From the NCBI GenBank assembly GCA_038087875.1, contig JAXLNO010002777.1, positions 124,001 through 188,000 on the forward strand: DNA of 64,000 nucleotides, given 5' to 3'. Position 1 is the first letter of the stretch. Each line of letters opens with the position of its first letter. Of the stretch, positions 10,329-22,069 are shown piece after piece. The position numbers and the translations under genes are program-made. Source of the stretch: Malacoraja senta. Taxonomy: Eukaryota. The notes beneath the pieces were generated by a model. It saw nothing but the letters and a program-made list of their open reading frames with translations, made no database searches and was not told the origin of the DNA.

Positions 10329-13320
10329 CTTCGACGTTTTGGGTTTTATGACCTTTAGCCAGTTCTTTTGCTTGGTTAATGTGGTTCAATGGTTCACCAC
10401 CCAGCTTCTGCACCAAAGACTTCAGGAAACATCAGTCCAAAACTCTTAACAACATATTAGAACAATCACTTTATTTCCATCTCTCTTCTATTTTCCCCTC
10501 TAGCTTTAAATTGTTAAGTGTCCATCGCTTTGCAAAAGATGCATAAGAGTTTGGTTTAATGATACAACATTGAAACAGGCCCTTTGGCCCATTGAGTCCA
10601 AGCCGACCATTGATCATCCATTCACACTAGTTCTACGTTATCCTGTTGAATCTCATCCATTCCCTACACATTAGGGGCAATTTAATTTATAGAGGCCAAC
10701 TAATCTGGGATGTGGGAGGAAACACAACGAGAACTTGCAGATTCCTCACAGACCACCCGAGGTCAGGATAAAACCTGGGTCTCTTGCTATGAGCCAGCAA
10801 CTCCACCAGCTGTGCCACCCTATAGAGATTCACTGAAATTGTGGGAATGGGGGACTTGAGGTACATTGGTAGACTGGAAAAATTGGGGTTGTGCTCCTTG
10901 GAAAGAGGAGGAAGAAGGAATTGCAGATGCTGGTGCACAAAAGTAGGCGCAAAGTGCTGGACTAACTCAGCGGTCTGAAGAAAGGGTCCCGACCCCAAAA
11001 CCTCACCAATCACATGTTCTCCAGAAATGCTGCCTGACCCGCTGAGTTAATCCAGCTCTACGTTTTACTTAGAATTGAGGAGGTTGTCAGGGATCAGATA
11101 GTGGTATTTAAAATGTAGAGGATGTAAACAGAGAAATTGACTCATTGACAGTGGGACCAGTAACAGAATGAAGGTGATTGACGGAATAAGCCAAAGTAAA
11201 AGATTTTCTTGCAGAGTGAATTCAGTAAAACTGATTATCTGACACCCTCAGAATTTTGGTGGAGCTAGATTAGCAGATCGCTGTACTATTGGATTTTCTT
11301 CCTATTCATACCCAAACACACATAATAATCATTTTTTTTACAAATTACACAATAATGTAATAAATTGTGATGAGCAAGAAATACACTAGTGCTCAAGACC
11401 TTGGCTTCAGTTGCAGATGTACCTATGTTCCTCACCTTTCGTGCTCTGGATCCTGATCCAGTTTTGGCTGCAGACAAATGTGTAGGAAGGAACCGCAGAT
11501 ACTGGTTTACCCTGAAGATAGACACAAAATGCTGGAGTAACTCAGCGGGATTGGCAGCATCTCTGGAGAGAAGGAATGGGAATTTGGGCTGCATTACCAG
11601 GAGACAGATCCACTGTATCTTGGTACACATGGCAATAATAACCCAATACCAATACAGATCTAATTTTGACCAGTGGCCTATATGTCACAAAGCTTTATGA
11701 TCACAAAGACATGGTGTATCAGAACATTGTTCTTGTGCTAAATGACTACAAAGAATAAGGACTTATTGAGCCATAGATTTATTTTGGAAGAAGTGAGCTG
11801 CCCAGTAATTGGAATAAAAATGTTTAAGCTTTATTCGAGTGTGAGCAAAATTACAGCTATGCCTATAAACTGTAGATCCAAGTCTGGTTTAAGCTTTGAT
11901 GAATTTATTCCTTGGAAGAACCAAGCTATTCAACAAACATTTTGACAAGAACACCTTTGTTGGGAAAGAACAAAGAAGGATAACTGTAGGATGCAGTTAA
12001 ATTGTGGTTTTATAATGGCCTTTATTGCAATCGTGTCTTTTATGCCTTTTGCCAGAACTGTCTGTCACCCAAACTTTCCATAAGTCAGAAATGCAGACGA
12101 TTGGGATCACAAAAGTTGCGCTGGTTGGTTAATTACCTCAGTTAATTTTGGGCCTCAGTTAGAATTAGCTAACTAGCATAGTAGATCTGAATTATGGATT
12201 CAAAACATGCTGAATCACAGAATGTGAGACTGGGGCGTTTCAACATATTTTGTGTATTCTTGACAGGAGTATTTCAAATTGAGAGGTACATATTTGCTTT
12301 CCTTTTCAGAGAAAGCTGAAAGTATTTTGAAAAGGCACCTTGGAGAGAACAAGGGCAATTGAGCAGTCTTTATGAAATCATCAGAAAAACAGAAGCAAGA
12401 AGACTCCATGAAGGTTAGCAGCAAACCCAAGTAAGATTATGGCCAGGGACTTTATTTCAGGTCAACTTTTAGAAACTGGTTACAGTACAGGGAATCTGCT
12501 TTGTTGAATAGTAATAGTTAAGCTCTGCATTTTCAAAGAAATCTTTTGCATAGCTGTACTTTTGGGGGAAGATTTATTAAAATTAGATTTTTAAGAGTCA
12601 ACCCCATTGGTCTATAGTGCTTGTCCCACTGTTTTCTAAAATAAGATAAAATTGTGATAATAGGTTATAATGACAGGCATTTTAATGTGACTACTGAGCT
12701 CAATTACCACATGGCACAATTATCTGGTAAAAATATACTCTAGTTCATGAGGACTGAAAATGTGTGTACTGAAATAGTCATGGGCTTAAGGGAAAGAAAG
12801 AGACTATCTGTGGTAAAGAATGTAAATTATGGTCATAATTCCCAGCTTCTTACAAAGTACTGGATTGTGTCTGAAAAAACAAATTAGTTTGATCTTTTGT
12901 GGATAATATAAGTGTGGATATTAGTTTAGTAGATTATTCCTATAGTAGGACTCTTCTATTCAGCTGTTTGTATGCCATATCACAAGAGTGGAAAGGAACT
13001 TTCTGTCAGATGCATGTTCGTGCTGCAAACGCTGAAACGATTTTAAAAATGGCGTTAAATGTTATCATTATTTTAACTTTTGCAAACAGTTTAAAACTAT
13101 CATGTTAGTCAGATTTTGTGCTTTGAATTGTCTTTCAAATGGTTTTCTAAAGCTGAATGTTAAGAGTGACCACCGGTGTGACGGACAGCTTTAGATTATG
13201 CTTCTGCCTAACCAATAAAGCCTTAAGCAAAAATCAAAGGAAAGAGATAAAGAAAGTAGTCTGAAGCATGCATTTTTTTACATGTAAAATAAGGTAATCT
13301 GTTTGTTTTGCAAATAATAG

Positions 13321-13525
13321 ATGAAACCTATGGAGAGAGATGAGGTACCACTGAGAATAAATGCTTTCACCCTCATTCCAAATCAAAAATACAGAAGAAG
13401 TTGCAGACATCTACAATCCAAGAAAGGTGGTGATAGACTGGAAAACTTCCACATACAGTATAACTGCGGCTATTTCCAGTTAATACCAGTTGAAATCTTT
13501 CACAAAGTGTTGTGTTACCTTTCAG
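13321..13525 (+). CDS. FBXO47: F-box only protein 47, coding exon 1
   Basis: MKPMERDEVPLRINAFTLIPNQKYRRS...GYFQLIPVEIFHKVLCYLS matches the FBXO47 N-terminus (FTLIPNQK) and F-box start. AG at 13319-20, GT at 13526. Confidence 0.9.
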
Positions 13526-13649
13526 GTACAATATCACAATAAGTAAATTTTTAAAGTAAATAATTTTTTCTCCTTGTATTGATTTCTGAGTAATTTTAAC
13601 TCCATCTCTCCTGAAAATGTTGATTCACGAGAATCAACATTTTCGTGAA

Positions 13650-14501
13650 TCAGCTGTTGTCGGCCTCATTAAAGGGGGCAATGAGGAGGAGTATAGAGAC
13701 ATAATAAGTAACTTTGTGGAGTGGAGTGCACACAATAACCTCCATCTTAACACCACAAAAACCAAGGAGATAGTTGTGGACTTCAGGAGGGGGAGGAGGA
13801 GGACTCAAGCAACACCAATCACCATTAAGGGCACTGAGGTGGAGGTGGTCGCTAACCACAGGTACCTTGGTGTGCAGCTTGACAGTGAGCTGGACTGGAA
13901 GTGTCATGGAGGCGGTGTACAGGAAGGGACAAAGCCGACTGTATTTTTTAAGGAGGCTGAGGTCATTTAACATCTGCCAACCCCTACTGTGCAGTGTCTA
14001 CCATTCAGTGGTGGCCAGTGCTCTGTTTTTTGCTGTGGCCTGTTGGGGAGATGGCGCCCGCATAGCGGACAAAAACAGACTGTACAAGCTGATCAGGAAG
14101 GCCGGCTCAGTGGTCGGGGCTGAGCAACGAACGGTCCAGCAGGTGGCAGAGGCCAGAACTCTGAACAAACTGGGTTCTATAATGACCAACCCCACTCACC
14201 CACTCCATGCCCTGAAGGTGATCAAGAGCAGCATCTTCAGTCAGAGACTGATTGCACCAATGTGCAAAACTGAGAGACATAGGAAGTCCTGTTTACCAGC
14301 TGCTATAAGGTTATATAATGCGCATAAATAACTGCACTTTTTTTTTCATTAATTGTATTTTAACTTGTATTTTAACTTGTATTTTAACTTGTTAAGTATG
14401 GAAGCTATTTGAGGAAATGTGTGGTGTTATGTCTGTCTTGAAGCTGTCGTGGCACTGTAATTTCCTGTAAAGGATTATTAAAGGTATATCTATCTATCTA
14501 T
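13650..14501 (+). mobile_element. 5'-truncated Rex1/Babar-type LINE (RT C-terminus + 3' UTR), frameshifted
   Basis: SAVVGLI...NNLHLNTTKTKEIVVDFRR...YLGVQLDSELDW, then a frameshift into MEAVYRKGQSRLYFLRRLRSFNI...PAAIRLYN; 3' end attaaag followed by (tatc)n tail. Confidence 0.85.
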
Positions 14502-15500
14502 GTCATGAGATATTGAAGCATTCTGGTTGCGTTATTGGACTAGCAAACCAGAGGTTTTCACTAGTATAGCAGAGATAGGAATTCAAATTCCATCACTCCT
14601 TTTAGGGAATTTAAATGTAATTCATTAATCTGGTCTAAAAAAAGTGAATGGCATTTCCCAGTGACCGTTAAACAACTTGACATTATAAACACCCATGTAA
14701 TTCACTAGTGAATAGACAGACCTGTGGCCTTGACCCCTATTGACTCTAGATTTGTCCAAATATCCTTTGAAATGGCTGGTTCAAGGGCATTTTTAAGGAT
14801 GAATATTAAATGATGGTCTGATCACAATGACACGTCCATGAAGGAAAAGTAATATTCGGACAATAGCTCAACTCTCCAACTGGCTGAGTATCTTATTGAG
14901 CCCATTTTCTCAGTATTCTGCACACAATAGCTTTCCTTCAAAAGAGGTTGATGCTTTTTCAATTTTCCCTTCCCAATATCCTTCTCACAATATTAACACT
15001 CAGTACAGCTTAGTAATGGTGCCTGGGATCCTTGAGATTTCTAACCAGACAAGATGAGTTTCTATGGTGAGACGATTCTGGTTAACTATTTTATCTGTCA
15101 ATGAGTTCAGTTACCTTGCTAATGATTGGTGACGAATTATGTTAGTGAAGCAGTGGTTTCCATTGTAATATTTTCCTCAAATCTAAATTATAAGCATGGG
15201 GTATTATTGGTGATTTACAATATCTTTATAAATAAAATCATTTAGTGCTGAGGCACTGAGATAAATAAACGATAAGGTCTCACGTTCAATTATTGCTCTG
15301 TCCTCAGTTTGCAAATTCCTGAAAGCCTTCCCTGAAAGTGGATGATATTTTTGTTGAAAACAAGATTGATGTTTTTCAAACCTGTTTTCTCTCCATTCAC
15401 ACATATTCACTGGTTAATTATTGTCATTCGGACTCTGCCTGGGATGAGATGGTAATTTTGAAAGATTTGAGGTGAAAGATTTTAAAAAAGGTAAAACATA

Positions 15501-17085
15501 CAGTGGCTTGCAAAAGTTTTCATACCCCTTGAACTTTTCCACATTTTGTCACGTTACAACCACAAACGTAAATGTATTTTATTGGGATTTTATGTGATAG
15601 ACCAACACAAAGTGGTGCATAATTGTGAAGTGGAAGGAAAATGATACATGGTTTTCAAATTTTTTTACAAATAAAAAACTGAAAAGTGTCGCGTGCAAAA
15701 GTATTCAGCCCCCCTGAGTCAATACTTTGTAGAACCACCTTTCGCTGCAATTACAGCTGCAAGTCTTTTGGGGTATGTCTCTACCAGCTTTGCACATCTA
15801 GAGACTGAAATTTTTGCCCATTCTTCTTTGCAAAATAGCTCAAGCTCAGTCAGATTGGATGGAGAGCGTCTGTGAACAGCACTTTTCAAGTCTTGCCAGA
15901 GATTCTCAATTGGATTTAGGTCTGGACTTTGACTGGGCCATTCTCACATGAATATGCTTTGATCTAAACCATTCCATTGTAGCTCTGGCTGTATGTTTAG
16001 GGTCGTTGTCCTGCTGGAAAGTGAACCTCCGCCCCAGTCTCAAGTCTTTTGCAGACTCTAACAGGTTTTCATCCAAGATTGCCCTGTATTTGGCTCCATC
16101 CATCTTCCCATCAAGTCTGACCAGCTTCCCTGTCCCTGCTGAAGAAAAGCATCCCCACAGCATGATGCTGCCACCACCATGTTTCACAGTGGGGATGGTG
16201 TGTTCAGGGTGATGTGCAGTGTTAGGTTTCCGCCACACATAGCATTTTGCATTTCGGCTAAAAACTTCAATTTTGGTCTCATCTGACCAGAGCACCTTCC
16301 TCCACATGTTTGCTGTGTCCCCCACATGGCTTGTGGCAAACAGCAAACGGGACTTCTTATGGCTTTTTTTCAACAATGGCTTTCTTCTTGCCACTCTTCC
16401 ATAAAGGCCCGATTTGTGGAGTGCACGACTAATAGTGGTCCTGTGGACAGATTCTCCCACCTGAGCTGTGGATCTCTGCAGCTCCTCCAGAGTTACCATG
16501 GGCCTCTTGGCTGCTTCTCTGATCAATGCTCTCCTTGCCCGGCCTGTCAGTTTAGGTGGACGGCCATGTCTTGGTAGGTTTGCAGTTGTGCCATACTCTT
16601 TCCATTTTCGGATGATGGATTGAACAGTGCTCCGTGAGATGTTCAAAGCTTGGGATATTTGTTTATAACCTAACCCTGCTTTAAACTTCTCCACAACTTT
16701 ATCCCTGACCTGTCTGGTGTGTTCCTTGGGCTTCATGATGCTGTTTGTTCACTAATGTTCTCTAACAAACCTCTGAGGCCTTCACAGAACAGCTGTATTT
16801 ATACTGAGATTAGATTACACACAAGTGGACTCTATTTACTAATTAGGTGACTTCTGAAGGCAATTGGTTGCACTAGATTTTATTTAGGGGTATCAGAGTA
16901 AACGGAGCTGAATACTTTTGCACGCGACACTTTTCAGTTTTTTATTTGTAAAAAAATTTGAAAACCATGTATCATTTTCCTTCCACTTCACAATTATGCG
17001 CCACTTTGTGTTGGTCTATCACATAAAATCCCAATAAAATACATTTACGTTTGTGGTTGTAATGTGACAAAATGTGGAAAAGTTC
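15501..17085 (-). mobile_element. Tc1/mariner DD34E transposon, Passport-like IR/DR type; right TIR truncated
   Basis: Left end TA|CAGTGGCTTGCAAAAG. ~210-bp TIRs (15501-~15709 vs ~16907-17085) are near-identical, with inner and outer direct repeats. The last ~30 bp of the right TIR are missing. Confidence 0.95.
15719..16736 (-). pseudogene. Tc1 transposase with a single 2-bp frameshift near 15945
   Basis: 276-aa ORF (HTH, GRPPK, WSDETK, QDNDPKH) continues in another frame as [20 protein letters not shown]...KGGSTKY* (stop 15721-15719). Restoring 2 nt gives 339 aa with D-34-E spacing. Confidence 0.92.
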
Positions 17086-17089
17086 TAAA

Positions 17090-17143
17090 CCCTAACCCTA
17101 ACCCTAACCCTAACCCTAACCCTAACCCTAACCCTAACCCTAA
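17090..17143 (-). repeat. Interstitial telomeric repeat (TTAGGG)9
   Basis: Nine perfect CCCTAA units on the + strand, four nt from the truncated Tc1 TIR. Confidence 0.97.
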
Positions 17144-17808
17144 TGCTTCATGGAGGAAAAGTAAAAATACTTAACATTCTCAAAGAAAACACTTAAACCA
17201 GGCATTGTATCTATGTAGAAGGCAGGAAAGGGGTACTTATTGGGGATGATCCGCCCCAATAAGTTGAAGAATTGGTTGCAAGGTACTTATTGGTTGCGAT
17301 CAGCCCCTATGTAGAGGGCAGGAAAGGGGTACTTATTGGGGATGATCACATTGAATAATGCTGGCTCGAAGGGCCGAATGGCCTCCTCCTGCGCCTATTG
17401 TCTATTGTCTATTTTTAAATAATGCATGAGAGAGATAGAAGCTATAATAAATACTGTATGTAAAAAAATAATAATGAATGGTGTGCCATGGAGCTGCCAG
17501 AAACCCACATGGGCATGCAATCCCACATAGATCAGGCCATAGCAAAGACAAATGTCCTTCTACGAGAATTAATAAACCAGATTTTTGTTTGACAGTCAAG
17601 CAATGTTATGAATTCACTGTTACTGTTGCAGAACTAGCTTTTTATTTGACATCTTTTTAATTCATGTAAATTCCGCAGCTCGTGTCTGTGGATCTTAAGT
17701 GTGGGCCTCTGGATTGCAAGTAACCCAACCTATGCTACCATGTCCCTAATTCAAGTTTTATGATAATAATCAGGTGTGGTACCTTATTTTGTCTTCTGTT
17801 TTTATCAG

Positions 17809-17970
17809 TGACAGACATCAGTGTTCTGAGCATGGCATCAAAGGTGGTTGGCACTCAGGTTGTGGGTTATATTGCCACTTCATCAGGAATAAGACGGCTT
17901 CTATTGGAGGGTTTCCATTCCACTGATGTTTCCAAGAAATCAGTTGCAATGGAACACTACAGATCTTTAG
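17809..17970 (+). CDS. FBXO47: FBXO47 coding exon 2
   Basis: VTDISVLSMASKVVG...RRLLLEGFH...MEHYRSL; AG/GT boundaries, phases 1/1. Confidence 0.92.
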
Positions 17971-19614
17971 GTAATTTTCTAAAGGAGAGTAAGACATACA
18001 AAGTGGAGCCTAAGGCCATGATTTAAAGCTTACAAATTAATATTCATGCAGATTCCAATTCGCCTGTCCATGAAAATCAATTTGCTAGGGTACTGATCCA
18101 TGGGTATTAGCCACCCACTGGCCTTTTGTTCCATTGGCATACTTTATGAAGCAGAAATGTATTTCATAATAAAATATTTGAAGGTTAAATGTTTTTGTGC
18201 AGATGGTTATTGAAGCTGGTTTTAGTTATAATGTTACAGGAACATGACAAAGAATAATATGAAAGGGTTGGGAGAAAAGCTGCATAATGGCATGACGGTG
18301 CATTGCTGATATTAACCATGACATAGGCACAGTTGGCAGAAGTTGTTTCCTCCTGTGCTTAAATAGTTGTCATTCTGTGACATGCATGCATGTGGTTGAA
18401 AGGGCAGGAGTTTTGATAATAGTTGGGGGAGTGAATAGGCAACAGTGCAGAGTTCACCTTATCTCTCTCAACAAATAGACATGTACACAATTAGTCGGAC
18501 ACATAGAGCTCACTGAGCAGAATTCTGAGCAGCTTCCCCACTTCCTTGGTTTTAAATATTACTGATAGAAAAAGAATAACGCATCTGGAAAACTCAGAAA
18601 GGCCATTAAATGCAATTAAAGAGCAGGAACTTGTCTCTTATGCTAAGGAGTGTCAAACAATTGAGCAACATTTATAGCAGACATTAAGGCTTTTTGGCCA
18701 GTTAGGCTAACTGCTGTTAATGCATAACTAGAGATTGTCCCAATTTTTTATTTTATCTCATCCTGACAACAGTTCCTGCCATACCTTTACTTTCCTAATA
18801 CCACCTGGTTCTCCTGAAATGTATTTTTGCTATTCGGCTTAATGTGGCCGCGAATTTAATAATCTTATCACATGCATGATTTGGAAATGGATGTAGGAGG
18901 TATGATTAGTAAGTTGGTTGATGAGACAGAGATTGGTGGGGTTGTTGATGGTGTGGAGAGTAGATACATAGATACATAGAAAATAGGTGCAGGAGTAGGC
19001 CATTCGGCCCTTCGAGCCTGCACCGCCATTCAATATGATCATGGCTGATCATCCAACTCAGTATCCCGTACCTGCCTTCTCTCCATACCCCCTGATCCCC
19101 TTAGCCACAAGGGCCACATCTAACTCCCTCTTAAATATAGCCAATGAACTGGCCTCAACTACCCTCTGTGGCAGGCTTCAGAATGTTATGAGAGTAATGG
19201 TGAATGGCCTGAGAAATGGCAGATGGAGTTTAAATTGGAGTGGTGCATTTGGGAGTACTAATGAGGCTAGGATATACACCATGACAGATAAGGTTGGGGT
19301 GTATTTGGTACCAGAGGGACTTTGTGTGCAAGGTCAAACATCTTTAAAGTTCCAGCACTGGTAGATAACTTGGTTAGGTAGGCATATGGGTTACTGGCTT
19401 TCATTATTTGGGGCACCGAGTATAGGAACAGGAAGGTTATGCTCCATCTTTATGATACATTGGTCAGACCTCAGCTGTAGCACTACACGCAGTTCTGGTC
19501 ATGACACCATAGGAAGAATTGGGCCAGATCTAGCAATATCCATTTTGCCATCATTGACCTTATCTATCTGCAGCACCATGTTACATAAACTAACATTTGG
19601 TTTTGTTTACTCAG

Positions 19615-19691
19615 GATTGCTGTTTAAAAGATGTACGCTACTGCTTCCCACGAAGGAAAGACTAAAATTTGTGCATAATCAATTATTAAAG
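19615..19691 (+). CDS. FBXO47: FBXO47 coding exon 3
   Basis: GLLFKRCTLLLPTKERLKFVHNQLLK; tcag| ... |gtaag, phases 1/0. Confidence 0.93.
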
Positions 19692-19754
19692 GTAAGATAT
19701 TGTATTTGCAAAACCTTCACCAAATGCGGTGCATACAAAAGAGTAAGAATCTTT

Positions 19755-20460
19755 CAATGTTTCAAGGTCAGTTTGTTGTCACATGCACCGATTAAGGTAC
19801 AGTGAAATTCGAGTTACCATACAGCCATACTAACTGAAAAGCAACAAGACACACAACCACATAAAAGTTAACATAAACATCCACCACAGTGGATTCCACA
19901 TTCCTAACTGGGATGGAAGGCAATAAAGTTCAAACTTCTTCCTCTTTGTTCCACGCAGTCAGGGCAGTCAAACCATCCGCAGTCGGGGCGATCGAAGCCC
20001 CCCCGTTGGGGTGATCGAAACTCCCGCGTCGGGGCGGTTGAAACTCTCTCCGCGGCATGGAGCTCCCGAGTCGGCCTCTTCTTACCAGAAATTGCGGGCT
20101 TCACGATGTTAAAGTCCACAGGCCCCGCTGTTGGAGCTTCGATCCCCGGCAAAGGGATCGCAAGATCCGCGATGTTAAAGTCCCACAGATTCCCGTGGCT
20201 TGGAGCGCCCGTCGGTCTCCAGGAAACGCCGCCAACTCCACGATGTTAGGCTGCAGTGGGGACGGAGATACGATATGGGAAAAAATCGCATATCCGGTGT
20301 GGTAAGAGATTGAAAAAAAAGTGTCCCCCAACCCCCCCCCCACACACACATAAAACAAATCAAGGAACACTAAAACATACTTTTTAACAGATACTAAAAA
20401 TAACAAAAAGGAAGAAAGGACAGACAGACTGTTGGCGAGGCAGCCACTGCTGGTGGCAAT
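19755..20460 (-). mobile_element. Young CpG-rich non-autonomous retroelement (LINE-type 3' end), family unassigned
   Basis: Reverse-oriented LINE-like 3' end (...ttgtcacatgcaccg...gtacagtgaaatt, related stubs at 29575 and 41340) followed by a CpG-rich body unlike the AT-rich intron. Confidence 0.5.
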
Positions 20461-21878
20461 ACCCAGTGTTCATTGACAGATCAAAAGATAACCAGAATTG
20501 TCTCACCATAGAAACCCATCTAGTCTGAGCTGCATGGAGAAATTGGGCAGGCTAGGACTTAATTGCTTGGAACGTAGGAGGCGGAGGGGAGATCTTAGAG
20601 AGGTGTATAAAGTCATGAGGGTAATAGATGGGGTGAATGTAGAGTCTTTTTCCAAGGGTAGGAGAATCAAGAACCAGAGGGCATAGGTTTAAGGGGAAAG
20701 ATTAAATAGTAACCTGAGGGGCATCTTTATCCACACAGTGGTGGGTATATGGAATGAGCTGTCAGACAAAGTTGTCAAGAGAGACACAATAACAGCATTT
20801 AAAATATTTTTGGACAAGCACGTGAAAGGATCACAGGGATATGGCACAATTGCAGGCATACGAGACTAGTTTAGATGGGGCATCTTGGTCAGCATGGACG
20901 AGTTGTGTGGAAGGGCCTGTTAAAGTGCTGTATGACTCTGATTCTCATAGCACCTTCTACTCCGTGCTACCTCAGACAATCAGCTCTGGTACAACAGTAA
21001 TCTGGGTTTGACCATGATCTCTGGTGCAGTCTGTAGAGTTTGCATGTTCTCCCTTAAGGGAGAGTGAGAATTTCTTCAGGGTGCTCCAGTTTTCTTTCAT
21101 ATCCCAAAGATGTGCTGATAATTGATTTGGCTGCTAGAAATTACCCCTTGATTTAGCTGGGCGACAAATATGGGGAATAGACAGCCTATATGGAATACAG
21201 AAATATGAAAAAGAAACCTGTATGCCAATTAGTTTAATTACTAGGTTTTATATTTTGTGTTCTTCAACACCAGTACATTTTTTCCTTAACGAATATTATA
21301 GTCTTTTGCTCCATTCTGATAAATATCTCAGAAAACGTTTGAAAGGAAATATTTTGCAACTGTTGATGTTGAGGGAAACCAAAGAAAATGGTACACGTTT
21401 CAATCATTTGTGCCTCAAAATTGCATCAGGTCTTACAAATGACATTTATCTCTGATTTTTATCTTATAACTGAACTTGTGATTGAGATGTCTGAGCATTT
21501 GATTGCTTATTTCTAAAATGGGTAATGTATGGTTCAAACCGTCCCCAAAGTGAGTCTTGAAAAAAGTTTCCTTTAATCTCTCCTGCCTTAGCCAAGAATG
21601 TGCTTTTTGGATCTGATGCTGAACTGAGGCTTGATTGGATAAAAGGAAAGTTGCCTTTGTACCTTCAGAAATGTCTAACTAATATAACTGAAACAGATTA
21701 TCTGGGCACTCGTTGTTGAAGTTTGCAGGATGTTTTGTGCAGTAATTACTGCCATGTTCTCTACATTACGGCAGTGACCAGAATTTTAAAACAGCTCCTT
21801 TTGGGATTGCAAAATACTTTGCCTCAAAATTAAAATAATTTGCTGATATTCCAATCATCTCAAAATAATTATCATTGT

Positions 21879-22069
21879 AGGTAGACAAAAGTGCTGGAGA
21901 AACTCAGCGGGTGCGTCAGCATCTGTGGAGCGAAGGAAATAGGCAACGTTCGTTTCGGCCCGAAAAGTTGCCTATTTCCTTCGCTCCATAGATGCTACAG
22001 CACCCGCTGAGTTTCTCCAGCACTTTTGTCTACCTTCGATTTTCCAGCATCTGCAGTTCCTTCTTAAAC
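21879..22069 (+). mobile_element. Penelope-derived short insertion with inverted 5' segment and 13-bp TSD
   Basis: taattatcattgt on both sides (21866-21878 and 22070-22082); 21879-21950 is the reverse complement of ~21965-22035. Confidence 0.8.

Noticed and set aside
17090-17143. Functional link between the telomeric tract and the reported shelterin-related meiotic role of FBXO47
   Set aside because: Striking coincidence, but nothing in the sequence supports function. A 54-bp tract at a TE end is explained by repair and is too short to indicate a chromosome fusion.
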